Source: Mobula hypostoma (lineage: Eukaryota). Taken from it: a stretch of DNA of 64,000 nucleotides. The stretch spans positions 93,622,001 through 93,686,000 of the forward strand of contig NC_086107.1 of NCBI RefSeq assembly GCF_963921235.1, written 5' to 3'. Shown piece after piece: positions 16,801-28,399 of this stretch (its first letter is position 1; the number at the start of each line of letters is the position of its first letter). The notes below the pieces were generated by a model, which made no database searches, was not told where the DNA came from, and was given only the letters and a program-made list of their open reading frames with translations. The position numbers were made by a program, and so were the translations under genes.

Positions 16801-17510
16801 CACAGGGACTGTATCCCCACTATCTCTACCCCACATGGACTCTATCCCCACTATCTCTACACCACATGGACTCTATCCCCACTATCTCTACCCCACATGG
16901 ACTCTATCCATACTATCTCTAACCCACATATATTCTATCCCCCACTATCTCTACCCCACCTGGACTGTATCCTCCACTATCTCTACCCCAAATGGACTGT
17001 ATCCCCACTATCTCTACCCCACATATACTCTATCCCCCACTATCTCTACCCCACATGGACTCTATCCTCACTATCTCTACTATCTCTACCCCAAATGGAT
17101 TGTATCCCCACTATCTCTACCCTACATGGACTCTATCCACACTATCTCTAACCCACATATACTCTATCCCCCACTATCTCTACCCCACATGTACTGTATC
17201 CCCACTATCTCTACCCCACATATACTCTCTCCCCACTATCTCTACTATCTCTACCCCACATGGACTCCATCCCCACTATCTCTACCCCACATGGACTCTA
17301 TCCCCACTCTCTCTACCCACATGGACTCTATCCCCCACTATCTCTACCCCACATATACTCTATCCCCCACTATCTCTACCCCACAGGGACTGTATCCCAC
17401 TATCTCTGCCCCACATGGACTCTATCCTCACCATCTCTACCCCACCTGTACTCTATCCCCTTCTATCTCTACCCCACATGGACTGTGTCCCCCACTATCT
17501 CTATGCTACA
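1848..17510. repeat. Giant minisatellite, consensus CCCCACTATCTCTACCCCACATGGACTCTAT (31 bp; 30/32-bp variants), roughly 500 units
   Basis: Directly visible tandem array with an invariant CCCCACTATCTCTACCCCAC and a variable 11-12 nt segment; abuts a CR1 tail at ~17510. Confidence 0.99.
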
Positions 17511-18037
17511 TAAGACCATAAGCTATAGGAGCAGAAGTAGGCCATTCAGCCTATCGAATCTGCTCTGCCATTCAATCATGGCTGAGCCAATTCTTCCAGT
17601 CATCCCAACTCTCCTGCCTTCTCCCCATATCCTTTGATGCCCTGGCTAATCAAGAGCCTATCTATCTCTGCCTTAAATGCACCCAATGACTTGGCCTCCA
17701 CAGCTGCTCGTGGCAACAAATTCCACAGACTTACCATCCTCAGACTTAAGTAATTTTTCCAAAACTCTGCTCTTAATGAACATCCTTCAATCCTGAAGTC
17801 ATGCCCTCTTGTCCTAGACTCCCCTACCATGGGAAATAACATTGCCATATCTAATCTGTTCAGGCCTTTTAACATTCAGAATGTTTCTATGAGATCCCCT
17901 CTCATTCTGAACTCCAGGGAATACAGCCCAAGAGTTACCAGACGTTCCTCATACAGTAGTCCTTTCATTCCAGGAATCATTTTTGTGAATCTTCTCTGAA
18001 CCCTCTCCAATGTCAGTATATCCTTTCTAAAATAAGG
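17507..18037 (-). mobile_element. CR1 LINE 3' fragment
   Basis: ORF 17600-17875 has LFPMVGESRTRGH and FKAEIDRLL; CR1 tail at the left end. Confidence 0.9.
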
Positions 18038-18170
18038 AAGGGCAAGGAGGCTTTGGTCCAGTTGCTGGTCAATGGGACTAGTTGGAATAATAGTTCAGAT
18101 GGGCAGAAGGGCCTCATTCTGTGTAGTAGTACTCAATGACTCTATGATCACCTTAATGTACTCCTTTAAG

Positions 18171-18245
18171 ATTCAACTCTGGGTGCAAACATCAGCAGAA
18201 AAGCTGCCATTCCCATGCAGTACAAATGGGATCTCTATTGGGCAA
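18171..18245 (+). CDS. Candidate 75-nt exon of the + strand gene
   Basis: Acceptor gtactcctttaag and donor CAA|GTCAGT (alternative GC donor at 18242); open in both frames carried over from 1488-1560. Confidence 0.35.
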
Positions 18246-18259
18246 GTCAGTTAACAGAG

Positions 18260-18960
18260 ATTAGATTAGATTAGAATAGGTTAGATTAGATTACATTAGA
18301 TTATGAGGACACTCAGTCCTCGTTTATTGTCATTTAGAAATGCATGCATTAAAAAATGATACAATGTTTCTCCAGAATGATATCACAAGAAACACAGGAC
18401 AAACCAAGACTAAAACTGACAAAAACCACATAATTATAACATATGGTTACAATAGTGCAAAGCAATACCGTAATTTGATAAAGAGCAGACCATGGGCACG
18501 GTAAAAAAAAGTCTCAAAGTCCCAATAGAGTCATCATCTCACGCAGGCAGCAGAAGGAAGAAAACTCTCCCCGCCATGAACCTCCAAGCGCTGCGAACTT
18601 GCTGATGGAGCACCATTGGAAGCACCCGACCACAGCGGACTCTGAGCTGTCTGAAAACTTCGAGCCTCTGACTAGCCCTTTGACACCGAGCACCATCCTC
18701 TGCCGAGTGCTTCGACCCTGCCCCGGCTGCCGAGCAGCAGGCAAAGCTGAGGATTCAGGGCCTTCCCCTCCGGAGATTTCGGACCACGCAGTAGCAGCAG
18801 CAGCGAAGCAGGCATTTCAGAAGTTTCACCAGATGTTCCTCCATGCTCTCACGTCCGTCTCCATCAAATCAGGATTGTACACAGCATCCTACTCGACAAA
18901 TAACAGACATCACCACTGGAGTGGCCGCTACGAGCTGCATTGCGCCACCATGTTCTCCTC
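18260..18960 (-). mobile_element. ~680-bp non-autonomous retroelement, copy A (near full length)
   Basis: Homologous to 45053-45663, 52401-52860, 58975-59541 and 62531-63208; (AATCT)n tail at 18260-18300. Confidence 0.85.
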
Positions 18961-19021
18961 TCTCAGAGTAGATGTTGCCTACTCTAAGAGAACCCTGCTG
19001 ATGCCTTATTGCTTTGATCAG

Positions 19022-19069
19022 TGGTTAAATACCGACACAACAACAATTGGAGAACCACCTGATCTTTAA
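19022..19069 (+). CDS. Candidate last coding exon of the + strand gene
   Basis: Acceptor ttattgctttgatcag; stop at 19060-19062 (VKYRHNNNWRTT*) or 19067-19069 (WLNTDTTTIGEPPDL*) depending on frame. Confidence 0.25.
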   Translation, partial: WLNTDTTTIGEPPDL

Positions 19070-19137
19070 AAATCTTCTTGAAAGTGTACTTCAGGTAAAG
19101 ATGAAAAAAGCTGGAGGAACACCACAGAGACAGTGAA

Positions 19138-19325
19138 GAACACACAAAATGTTGGAAGAATTCGGCTGGAGGGAAATTAACAGTCAATGTTTCAGGCCAA
19201 GGCACCTTGACAGTCCTGAAACATCGACTGTTCATTTCTTCCATAGACGCTGCCTGACCGACTGAGTTCATCCTGCGCTTTGTGTGTGCTGCTCCAGATT
19301 CCTAGCATCGGCAGAACCTCTTGGG
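19138..19325. mobile_element. Degenerate inverted Penelope-like terminal repeat pair
   Basis: acagtcaatgtttcagg...cctgaaacatcgactgt inverted arms, homologous to 54687-54981. Confidence 0.7.
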
Positions 19326-20503
19326 TCTTCGTGGACAGTGAACCAGAGTTATCATTTCAGGTCGATCAAAATGGGAAAAACGGTAAACAGTTGCGGTGTC
19401 AGAGGAAGATATTTCATGTTGTACAGAGAGAGGATGGCCCTACAAGGGTGGAGGTAGAGGCAGATATATGAGGGGCATTTAAGAAACTCTTAAATAGATG
19501 GCAAAAAAGGTGGGCTTTGTGGGAGGGAAGGCTCAGATTGATCTTAGAGTAGAGCAAAAGGACATCACAACATCGTGGGCTGAAGGGCCTGTACTGTGCT
19601 GTAGAGTTCTAAGTTCTATGTTCTGAAACCATTCCTACAAACTTAAAACAAACAGCTAAGTGTGAGCCACAGCTCAGTGCAGCTCAGCAGTCTCCAAGCT
19701 CCTGTGATCTATGAGTGGAGAACAGGGGTGGGTGGAGAGAATGAAGATAAAGTTTGTTGGGTGGAGACTAAGCTGAAGTCAGATGGCTCACATGCGGTGT
19801 GCACCATCTAAGAGGGAAATGATGATGGCTTTTTGTTCACAGCTGATCTGTATGGAGAATCTAAATAGAGGACAATGAGGAATGACAGAGAAAAACAAAG
19901 ATTTCTCTGAATCTCTCATTTCCACCATTTTTTGTGTGTCTCTCTTTTGTTCTCCTGAAAGGCCATCAACCTGAAAGGTCACTTCTATTTCTCTCTATAC
20001 AAGTGATGTCCAGCCTCCTACTTATCTCCAGTAATTTCTATTTGAATCTCATTAGTTTTTCAGGTAAACATAAAAGATCCTCCAATACTACTTTAAAGAG
20101 AGAAGTCCTTCTCCATGACCTGGTGTCAATATTCATCCCTCAGTCAACAGAAAGAAACTAGAGTCATGGAGCACTACAGCACAGAAACAGGCCCTTTGGC
20201 CCATCTACTCTGTGCTAAACTGTTATTCTGCCTAGTCCCGTCAACCCGCACATGGACCATGCCCCTCCCATCCATGTACATCTCCAAACTTCTCTGAAAT
20301 GTTGCAATTGAACCCGCATCCACCACTGACAGCTTGTTCCCCACTCTCACCACACTCTGAGTGAAGAAGCTCCCCCTCAGTTTCCCCTTAAATTTTTAAC
20401 CTTTCACTCTAAGCTCATGACCTCTGGTTGTAGTCTCACCCAACCTCAGTGGAAAAAGCCTACTTACATTTATCCTCTCAATAACCCTCATAGTTTTGTA
20501 TAC

Positions 20504-20587
20504 AGTACTCTGCAAAAGAATTAGGCTTATGTGATTAAAAATTCTGTAGAGTGAAGATACTTTCAAAAGTAAAGAAATAAAAAGTTT
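20504..20587 (+). mobile_element. Tc1/mariner-type terminal fragment
   Basis: TA followed by cagtactctgcaaaagaattaggc, matching the terminal inverted repeat seen at 50260 and 50905. Confidence 0.6.
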
Positions 20588-20910
20588 CTAAACACCAAGC
20601 TTGTCATGGTCTTTGGTAGCTTGACGTAGAGCGTAATCAAGGACGATTATAAAGATGTAGGGTGCCAGAGTGTCTCCTTGCAGCACACCAGCTAGAAGCT
20701 CGAACACTGCTGTTTTTCCGTCTGGTGATACAACTTTCGCCATGGTTTTGCTATAGCTGGACTCTATTGCTCTCAGTAGACAGTCTGGCACTCCGTAAGC
20801 TTTCAGGATCTTCAGCATTTTACCTCGGTGGGTGGAGTCAAAAGCTTTGCAAAAATTGATGAAAGTAAGCACAGCTGGTAGGTTGTTCTTCTTGACTTCC
20901 TCGATGATTC
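20588..20910 (-). mobile_element. RTE-clade-like LINE reverse transcriptase core fragment
   Basis: Open frame with FINFCKAFDSTHR, ILKAYGVP and GVLQGDTLAPYIFIIVLDYALR (central RT motifs), distinct from the local CR1 and Rex RTs. Confidence 0.8.
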
Positions 20911-21299
20911 TTGAATTTCCCATTTTACTCTTAGTGCCTTCCTTAAATAGCGGAACAACATTCAATCCTTCAGCACCTCACCCGTTGCTAAGGATAGATA
21001 AATTTCTCTTCTAGGGCCCCTGCAATTTCTGCATTAGCCTCCCACAAGGTGGAGGGAACACCTTGTCAGGGGATTTACCCACCCTGATTTGCCTCAAGGC
21101 AGCAAACACCAGGCCCGTCCGATGGTCCATGACCTCTCTGTTGCTTTGCCTCACTTCTGTAGATTCTGTGTCCGTTAACTCGAGGAAATTGTGATCAGCT
21201 TCTTCTCACCCAGCAAACACACAATCACGGGAGTCAATCTAGTGAAGACTTGATGCATTCTCTCTCTCTGTCAAATATATATATATTTATAAGGAAACC

Positions 21300-21480
21300 A
21301 TTGGGGCAGCACAGTAGCGTAACAGCTAGTGTAACACTTTACAGCCCCAAGTTCAGTTCCGCCATTGTATGTAAAGAGTGTGTATTTTCTCCCCAGGACT
21401 ATGTGGGTTTCCTCCAGGTGCTCCAGTTTCCTCCCACATTCCAAAGACATACAGGTTAGGTTCGTAAGTTGTGGGCATGT
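21300..21480 (+). mobile_element. V-SINE-related SINE
   Basis: Core gtgggtttcctccaggtgctccagtttcctcccacattccaaagac. Confidence 0.8.
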
Positions 21481-21482
21481 GA

Positions 21483-21550
21483 CAGTACTATACAAAGGTC
21501 TAAGGCACATATATGTATCTAGCTAGGGTGCCTGAGACTTCACTAGACTG
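21483..21550. mobile_element. Solo ~70-bp Tc1-type mini-MITE (decayed)
   Basis: cagtactatacaaaggtctaaggcac...ctagggtgcctgagactt, same layout as 50260-50332. Confidence 0.6.
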
Positions 21551-21704
21551 ACTCCAGCGATGGTGTGCTTACTGGGTAAGAGGAGATTGATAGTTTTGTG
21601 GCCAAGTTTCAGATGATACAAAGATAGGTGGAGGGGTATATAGTGTTGAGGAAGTCTAGGACTTGGACAGATTAGGAGAATGAGCAAAGTGGCAGATGAA
21701 ATGC

Positions 21705-24700
21705 AGTGTAAGACCATAAGATACAGAAGCAGAATTAGGCCATTTGGCCCATCGAGTCTGCTCCACCATTTCATCATAGTAGATGCATTTCCCTCTCAGT
21801 CCCAATCTCCCACCTTTTCCCCGTATTCCTTCATGCCCTAACTCCTCAAGAATCTATCTCTGCTTTAAGTACACCCAAAGGCCTGGCCTCCACAGCCACC
21901 TGTGGCAATGAATTCCACAGATTCACAACTCTCTGGCTAAAGAAATTCCTCCTCATCTCCATTCTAAATGAATGTCCCTCTACTCTGAGGCTGTGTCCTC
22001 TGGTGCACTCCCCAAACATCCTCTCCAAATCTACTCTATTGAGGTCTTTCCACATTCAATGGGTTTAAATGAGATTCCCCCCACCCCTCATTCTCCTGAA
22101 TTGCAATGAGTACAGGTCCAGTGTCACCAAATGCTACTCATATGATAAGCCTTTCAATCCCAGAAACATTTTCGCCATTCTCCTTTGAACGCTCTCCAAT
22201 GTAAGCACATCTTTTCTTAGATAAGGAGCCCAAAAGTGCTCACAATATTCCAAATCAGGCCTCGCCAGTGCTTTATAGAGCTGTAATATTAAATTCTTGC
22301 TTTATATTCTGGTCCTCTTGAAATTAATGCTAAAATCGCATTTGCCTTCCTTACTGCAGACTCATCCTACAGATTAACTTTTAGGGAATCCTGCACAAGG
22401 ACTCCAAAGTCCCTTTGCATCTTAGAGTTTTAAATTTTCTCTCCAATTAGGAAATAGTCTACCCTTTTATTTCTTCTACCAAAGTGAACGACCATACACT
22501 TCCCAACACCGTATTCCATCTGCCACTCCTTTTTCCATTCTCCTAATCTGTCTAAGTCCTTCTGTAGCCTCTGCTTGCTCAACACTACCTGCCCCTCCAC
22601 CTATCTTCAAATCATCTGCTAACTTAGCCACAAAGCCATCAATTCCTTCATCCAAATCATTGAAAAAAGAAGTGATCCCAACACAGACCCCTATGGAACA
22701 CCACTAGTCACAGGCAGCCAACCAGAAAAGGCTCCCTTTATTCCCATTCTTTGCCTCCTGCCAATCAACCAATTCTCCAGCCATGTTAGTATCTTTCCTG
22801 TAATACCATGGATTCTTATCTTGTTAAACATCCTCAAGTGTAGCACCTTGTCAAAGGCCTTCTGAAAATCCATGTACACAGCATCCACCGCTTCTCCTTT
22901 GTCTATCCTGCTTGTTATTTCTTCAAAGAATTCCAACAGATTTGTCAAGCAAGATTCTCCCTTAAGGAAACCATGCTGATTTTGGTCTATTTTATCATGT
23001 GCCAAGTACCCCAAAACCAACACACATAAAAGTTGCTGGTGAACGCAGCAGGCCAGGCAGCATCTCTAGGAAGAGGTACAGTCAACATTTCGGGGCAAGA
23101 CCCTTCGTCAGGACACAAAACCACATCCTTAACAATCGACTCCAACACCTTCCCAGCCACTAAGGTCAGACTAACTGGCCTGTACTGTCCTTTCTTCTAC
23201 CTCTCCCTTCTTGAAGAGTGGAGTGACATTTGCAATTTTCCAGGCCTCCAGAACCATGCCAGGATCCATTGATTATTGGAAGAACAATCTCTTCAGCCAT
23301 CTCCTTCAGAACCTTGGGTGTAGACCATCTGGTCCAAGTGACTTATCTACGTTCAAACCTTTCAGTTTCTCAACTACCTTCTCCCTGGTTATGGCAACTT
23401 CACTCATTTCTGCCCCCTGACACTCTTGAACCTTTGGCATACTGCTAGTGTCTTCCACAGTGAAGACTGATGTAAAATACTTTTTCAATTTGTCTCCAGC
23501 ATCATTTTTCATCAGTCTGATATTTACTCTCGCCTCTCTTTTACTCTTTATATATCTAAAGAAACTTCTGGTGCCCTCTTTTATATTATTGGCTTGTTTA
23601 CTTTCATATTCCATCTTTTCCTTCTTTATGACTTTTTAGTTGCCTTCTGTTGGTTTTTAAAAGCTTCCCAATCCTCTAACTTTCCAATAATTTTTGGTCT
23701 ATTATATGCCTTCTCTTTGGCTTTTATGTTGACTTTGACTTCCATACTTGCACCATCCTGTCTTTAGAATACTTCTTCTTTGGGATGTATCTCTATGTGC
23801 CTTCCAAATTGCCCCCAGAAATTCCAGCCATTGCTTTTCTGCTGTCATCCCTGCTTGTTTTCCATTCCAATAAATTATGGAGATCTATTCTTTCATGCCT
23901 CTGTAATTCCTTTAGTGCATTTTAATACTGATACATTAGACCTTAGTTTCTCCTTCTCAAATTGCAGGATGAATTCTATCATATAATGATCACTGACTCC
24001 TAAGGGTTCCTTTACCTTAAGCTCTCTAATCAATTCTGGTTCATTGCACAACACCCAATCTAGAATGTCTAATCCCCTACTGGGGTCTACCATGAGCTGC
24101 TCTAAAAAGCCATCTCTTAGGCATTCTACAAATTCCTCCTCTTGTGATCCAGCAACAACCTAATTTTCCCAATCTACCTGCATATTGAAATCCCCCATGA
24201 CTATCGTAATATTCCTCTTTTGCTTTGCATTTTTTCTCTCCCATTGTAAGTTGTAACCATATCTTTGCTACTGTTTGGAGGTCTATATATGACTCCCATC
24301 AGGGTCTTTTCACCCTTACAGCTTCTTAGCTCGACCCACAGCAATTCTACAGCTTCCAGTCCTATATCATTTCTTTCTAATGATTTGATTTTATTTTTTA
24401 CCAACAGAGCCACCCCACCCCCTCTGCCTACCTGCCTGTCTTTCCAATTCAAAGGGAATCCTTGGATGTTAAACTCCCAGCTATAATCTTCTTTCAGCCA
24501 CGACTCAGTTAGTCCCAATTCCCCTTATCCTTCTTTTCCCCTTATTTTCGATTTTGAGCTGCTTTTAGATTGTGACAATTTTGCCCTACCATCAGCCTGT
24601 CCTTGATCGCAGTCTCACTGCACACTGCCTCTGTTTGTAAACCAACTGCCCCATCTTCAGCCCTAACACTCCGGTTCCCATCCCACTGGCAAATCAGTTC

Positions 24701-24990
24701 AAATCCTCCCAAACAGCTCCAGCAAACCTACCCTCCAAGGATATTCGTCCCCTTGAGTTCAAGGGCAACACGTCCTTCTTGTACAAGTCATACCTCCCCC
24801 AGAAGAGATCCCAATGATCCATAAATCTGAACCCCTGCCTCCTGCACCAGTTCCTCAGCCACACATTCATCTGCCAAATCATCCTAATTTTACCCTCATA
24901 GACATGTGACATGGGCAGCAATCCAGAGATTACTACCCTAGAGGTCCTGCTTTTCAACGTTCTATGTAGCTCCCTACAATCACTTCAGGA
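21705..24990 (-). mobile_element. Long decayed CR1 LINE: 3' UTR, RT, APE endonuclease, ORF1 esterase remnant
   Basis: ORFs show QHGFLKGESCLTNLLEFF and DFQKAFDKV (RT); TESWL, GGGVALLVK and GVIYRPP (APE); VVISGLLP...NVWLRNWCRRQGFRFMDHW (SGNH-esterase-type ORF1). Many stops and deletions. Confidence 0.93.
23020..23115 (-). mobile_element. 96-bp Penelope-like terminal fragment with hammerhead core, inserted in CR1
   Basis: Flanked by the direct repeat caaaacca (23012-23019, 23116-23123); - strand reads gtc-CTGACGA-agggtcttgcccc-GAAA-tgtt-gactg. Confidence 0.8.
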
Positions 24991-25437
24991 CCTTCTTTCC
25001 TGCCGAGGGAAGTAAGATCATACATTTTGGTAGAAAGAAAGAAGATGTAAACCATTTTCTAAATGGAGACCAAATGCATTTTATCGATATATCTTCCAAC
25101 CTGTTGTATTGGAGAGGAGGTAGCACTGGTGGATGGAGGACCAAATCAAATGGGCTGCTTTGTCCTAATGATGGACATATCCCTGACTGCTGGAGCTGCA
25201 ACCATCAGGACAAACACAGAGCATTCTGTCACACTGCTGACTTGTGTAGATCTTAGGAAGTTGTTGAAATGCCAGCTGATTCACCACGGGATTCACAGAA
25301 CCCAATCTACTCAGAGTCATAGAGCAATACAGGGCAGATACGGGCCCTTCTGCCCAACTAGCCTATGCTGACCATAGTACCCACCCAGTTAGTCCCAATT
25401 CCCCTTATCCCTCTAAGCCCCAGTCCTCCATGAACCT

Positions 25438-26965
25438 CTGGTCTGCATCCCAGGATACTTAAGGAGGTGGCTTCAGAAATCGTGGACGCATTGTCAATCA
25501 TTTTCCAATGTTCTATAGATTCAGGATCAGTTCCTGTGGATTGGAGGGTGGCTAATGTTGTCCCTCTTTTCAAGAAGGGAGGAAGAGAGAAAACAGGGAA
25601 TTATAGACCGGTTAGCCTGACGTCAGTGGTGGGAAAGATGCTGGAGTCAATTATAAAAGATGAAATTACGAAACATCTGGATAGCAGAAACAGGATCGGT
25701 CCAAGTCAGCATGGATTTACGAAGGGGAAATCGTGCTTGACTAATCTTCTGGAGTTTTTTGAGGATGTAACTATGAAAATGGACAAGGGAGAGCCAGTGG
25801 ACGTAGTGTACCTGGACTTTCAGAAAGCCTTTGATAAAGTCCCACATAGGAGATTAGTGGGCAAAATTAGGGCACATGGTATTGGGGGCAGAGTACTGAC
25901 ATGGATTGAAAATTGGATGGCTGACAGAAAACAAAGAGTAGCGATTAACGGGTCCCTTTTGGAATGGCAGGCGGTGACCAATGGGGTACCGTAGGGTTCA
26001 ATGCTGGGACCACAGCTGTTTACAATATATATTAATGACTTAGATGAGGGAATTAAAAGTAACATTAGCAAATTTGCCAATGACACAAAGCTGGGTGGCA
26101 GTGTGAAATGTGAGAGGATGTTATGAGAATGCAGGGTGACTTGGACAGGCTGGGTGAGTGGGCAGATGCATGGCAGATGCAGTTTAATGTGGATAAATGT
26201 GAGGTTATCCACTTTGGTGGTAAGAGCGGGAAGGCAGATTATTATCTAAATGGAGTCAAGTTAGGAAAAGGGGAAGCACAACAAGATCTAGATGTTCTTG
26301 TACATCAGTCACTGAAAGCAAGCATGCAAATACAGCAGGCAGTGAAGAAAGCTAATGGAATGCTGGCCTTCATAACAAGGGGAATTGAGTATAAGAGCAA
26401 AGAGGTCCTTCTGCAGCTGTACAGGGCCCTGGTGAGACCACACCTGGAGTACTGTGTGCAGTTTTGATCTCCAAATTTGAGGAAGGACATTCTTGCTATT
26501 GAGGGGGTGTAGGTGGGACTGTCATATGTTGAAAAATTGGAGCGACTGGGCTTGTATACTCTGGAATTTAGAAGGCTGAGAGGGGATCTTATTGAAACAT
26601 ATAAGATTATTAAGGGATTGGACACGCTGGAGGCAGGAAGCATGTTCCCACTGATGGGTGAGTCCAGAACCAGAGGCCACAGTTTAACAATAAGGGGTAG
26701 GCCATTTAGAACGGAGTTGAGGAAAAACTTTTTCACCCAGAGAGCGGCGGATATATAGAATGCTCTGCCCCAGAAGGCAGTGGAGGCCAAGTCTCTGGAT
26801 TCTTTTAAGAAAGAGATGGATAGACCTCTTAAAAATAGCGGAATCAAAGGTTATGGGGATAAGGCAGGAACTGGATACTGATTGTGGATAATCAGCCATG
26901 ATCACAGTGAATGGCGGGGCAGGCTCGAAGGGCTGAATGGCCTACTCCTGCACCTATTGTCTATA
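25438..26965 (+). mobile_element. 5'-truncated CR1 LINE (RT domain to 3' tail), nested in an older antisense CR1 tail
   Basis: ORFs 25467-25994, 26123-26467 and 26513-26758 carry GNYRPVSLTS, DFQKAFDKV and RPHLEYCVQF. Confidence 0.95.
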
Positions 26966-27349
26966 TCCAAGCACTGCTTAAGTGACACTATTGCACCTGC
27001 TTCAACCTCTTCCTCTGGCAGCTCATTTCATGCAATTACATTAAAAAGTTGCCCCTCGGGTCCCTTTTAAATCTTTCACATCTCGCCCTAAATCTACGCC
27101 CTTTAGTTCTGGATTCCCCTACCCCAAGGAAAAGACTGTTACCAATCTTAAACTCTTCTATAAGGTCTATAAGAGGAAGTGGTTTATGAAGGTATAATGA
27201 CTTTGAAAAGATAGTTTGACAGGTTCACGGATAGGAAAGTGTAGAAGGACATGGGCCAAATGCAGGTAAGTCAGACTAGACTGGTTGGCATGGTCCAGTT
27301 GGACTTAAGGGCCTGTTTCTGTGCTGTAAGACTTTATTATTTATTTGTT

Positions 27350-28335
27350 TATTCAGATACGGTGCGCGTAGGCCCTTCCAGCCCTTCCAGCAACCCAGCA
27401 ACCCTGATTTAACACTAACCTAGTCATGGGACAATTTATAATGGCCAATTATCCTATCGACCAGTACGTCTTTGGACTGTGGGAGGTAACCTGAGCACCT
27501 GGAGGAAACCCACACGGTCACAGGGAGAACGTACAAACTCCTTACAGACAGCGGCGGGAATCGAACCAGGGTCACCCATACTGTAAAGTATTATGCTAAC
27601 CACTATGCCCCTAAAATGCACCCTTTCACTGTGCTACGTCGCCAGTCCCGTTTTCCTGGTGAGTAGATGGCATGTTTGCTGGGTGATCTATGGCTCTAAT
27701 ATTGCTCCTCATTCTCCTACGTTCCCACGAATGAAGAACTAGCCCTGCTAACATCTCCCTATAACTCTAGTTGAGCTATAGGGGGATTTACGAGGATATT
27801 ACCAGGACTAATTTCTACTCCTAGCAACCTCTTTGTAAATTTTCTCTGCACTCTTTCCCATTTAACCATGCCTGTCCTATAACTGGGTGCCCAAAACTGT
27901 GCACAGTACTCCAAGTAGGACCTCACCAACGACCCAACCCCGTTGCCCAATGCCCTGACAGATAAAGACCGAACAGATTCACCACTCTTTACCTTAGAGA
28001 TACAGCAGGGTAACAGGTCCTTCAAGCCCAACGAGCCCATGCCGCCCAATTAGATTCAGATTCCTTTAGTTGTCACATGAACACCGAAACGCACAGCGAA
28101 GTGCATCGTTTGCGTTCACAGCCAACACAAGCTGAGGGTGTGCTGGGGGCAGCCCGCACCTGTCGCCACACCTTCTGGCGCCAACATAGCATGCCCACAA
28201 TGAATTACACCTGTGAGACCAATTGACGTACTAACCCGTACATCTTTGGGATGTGGGAGGAAACTGGAGCACCCAGAGGAAACCCACGCGCTTACGGGGA
28301 GAACGTACAAACTCCTCAGAGGCAGTGGTGGAACC
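27350..28335 (-). mobile_element. Two V-SINE-related copies and a CR1 fragment
   Basis: Antisense V-SINE cores at ~27470-27550 and ~28245-28320; YLEYCAQFWAP fragment at 27760-27930. Confidence 0.75.
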
Positions 28336-28399
28336 TTGCTGGCCTTGTAAATATGAATTATTCTACATTTCATCTACTTCTCCTATAATTTTACAAAAT

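Noticed and set aside
1848..17510. CRISPR-like look (constant repeat plus variable segment)
   Set aside because: The variable segments are 11-12 nt, mutually homologous and recurrent. There are no cas genes, and the context is vertebrate.
1848..17510. Immunoglobulin switch-region or telomeric repeat
   Set aside because: No AGCT-rich pentamers, no TTAGGG and no recognisable Ig exons nearby.
1864..17637. Giant Pro/His/Tyr-rich ORFs (up to 1619 aa) in all three + frames
   Set aside because: The C-rich unit has no stop codon and 31 is not a multiple of 3, so every frame cycles through the same peptide. Frequent 30/32-bp units shift frame freely, showing no coding constraint.
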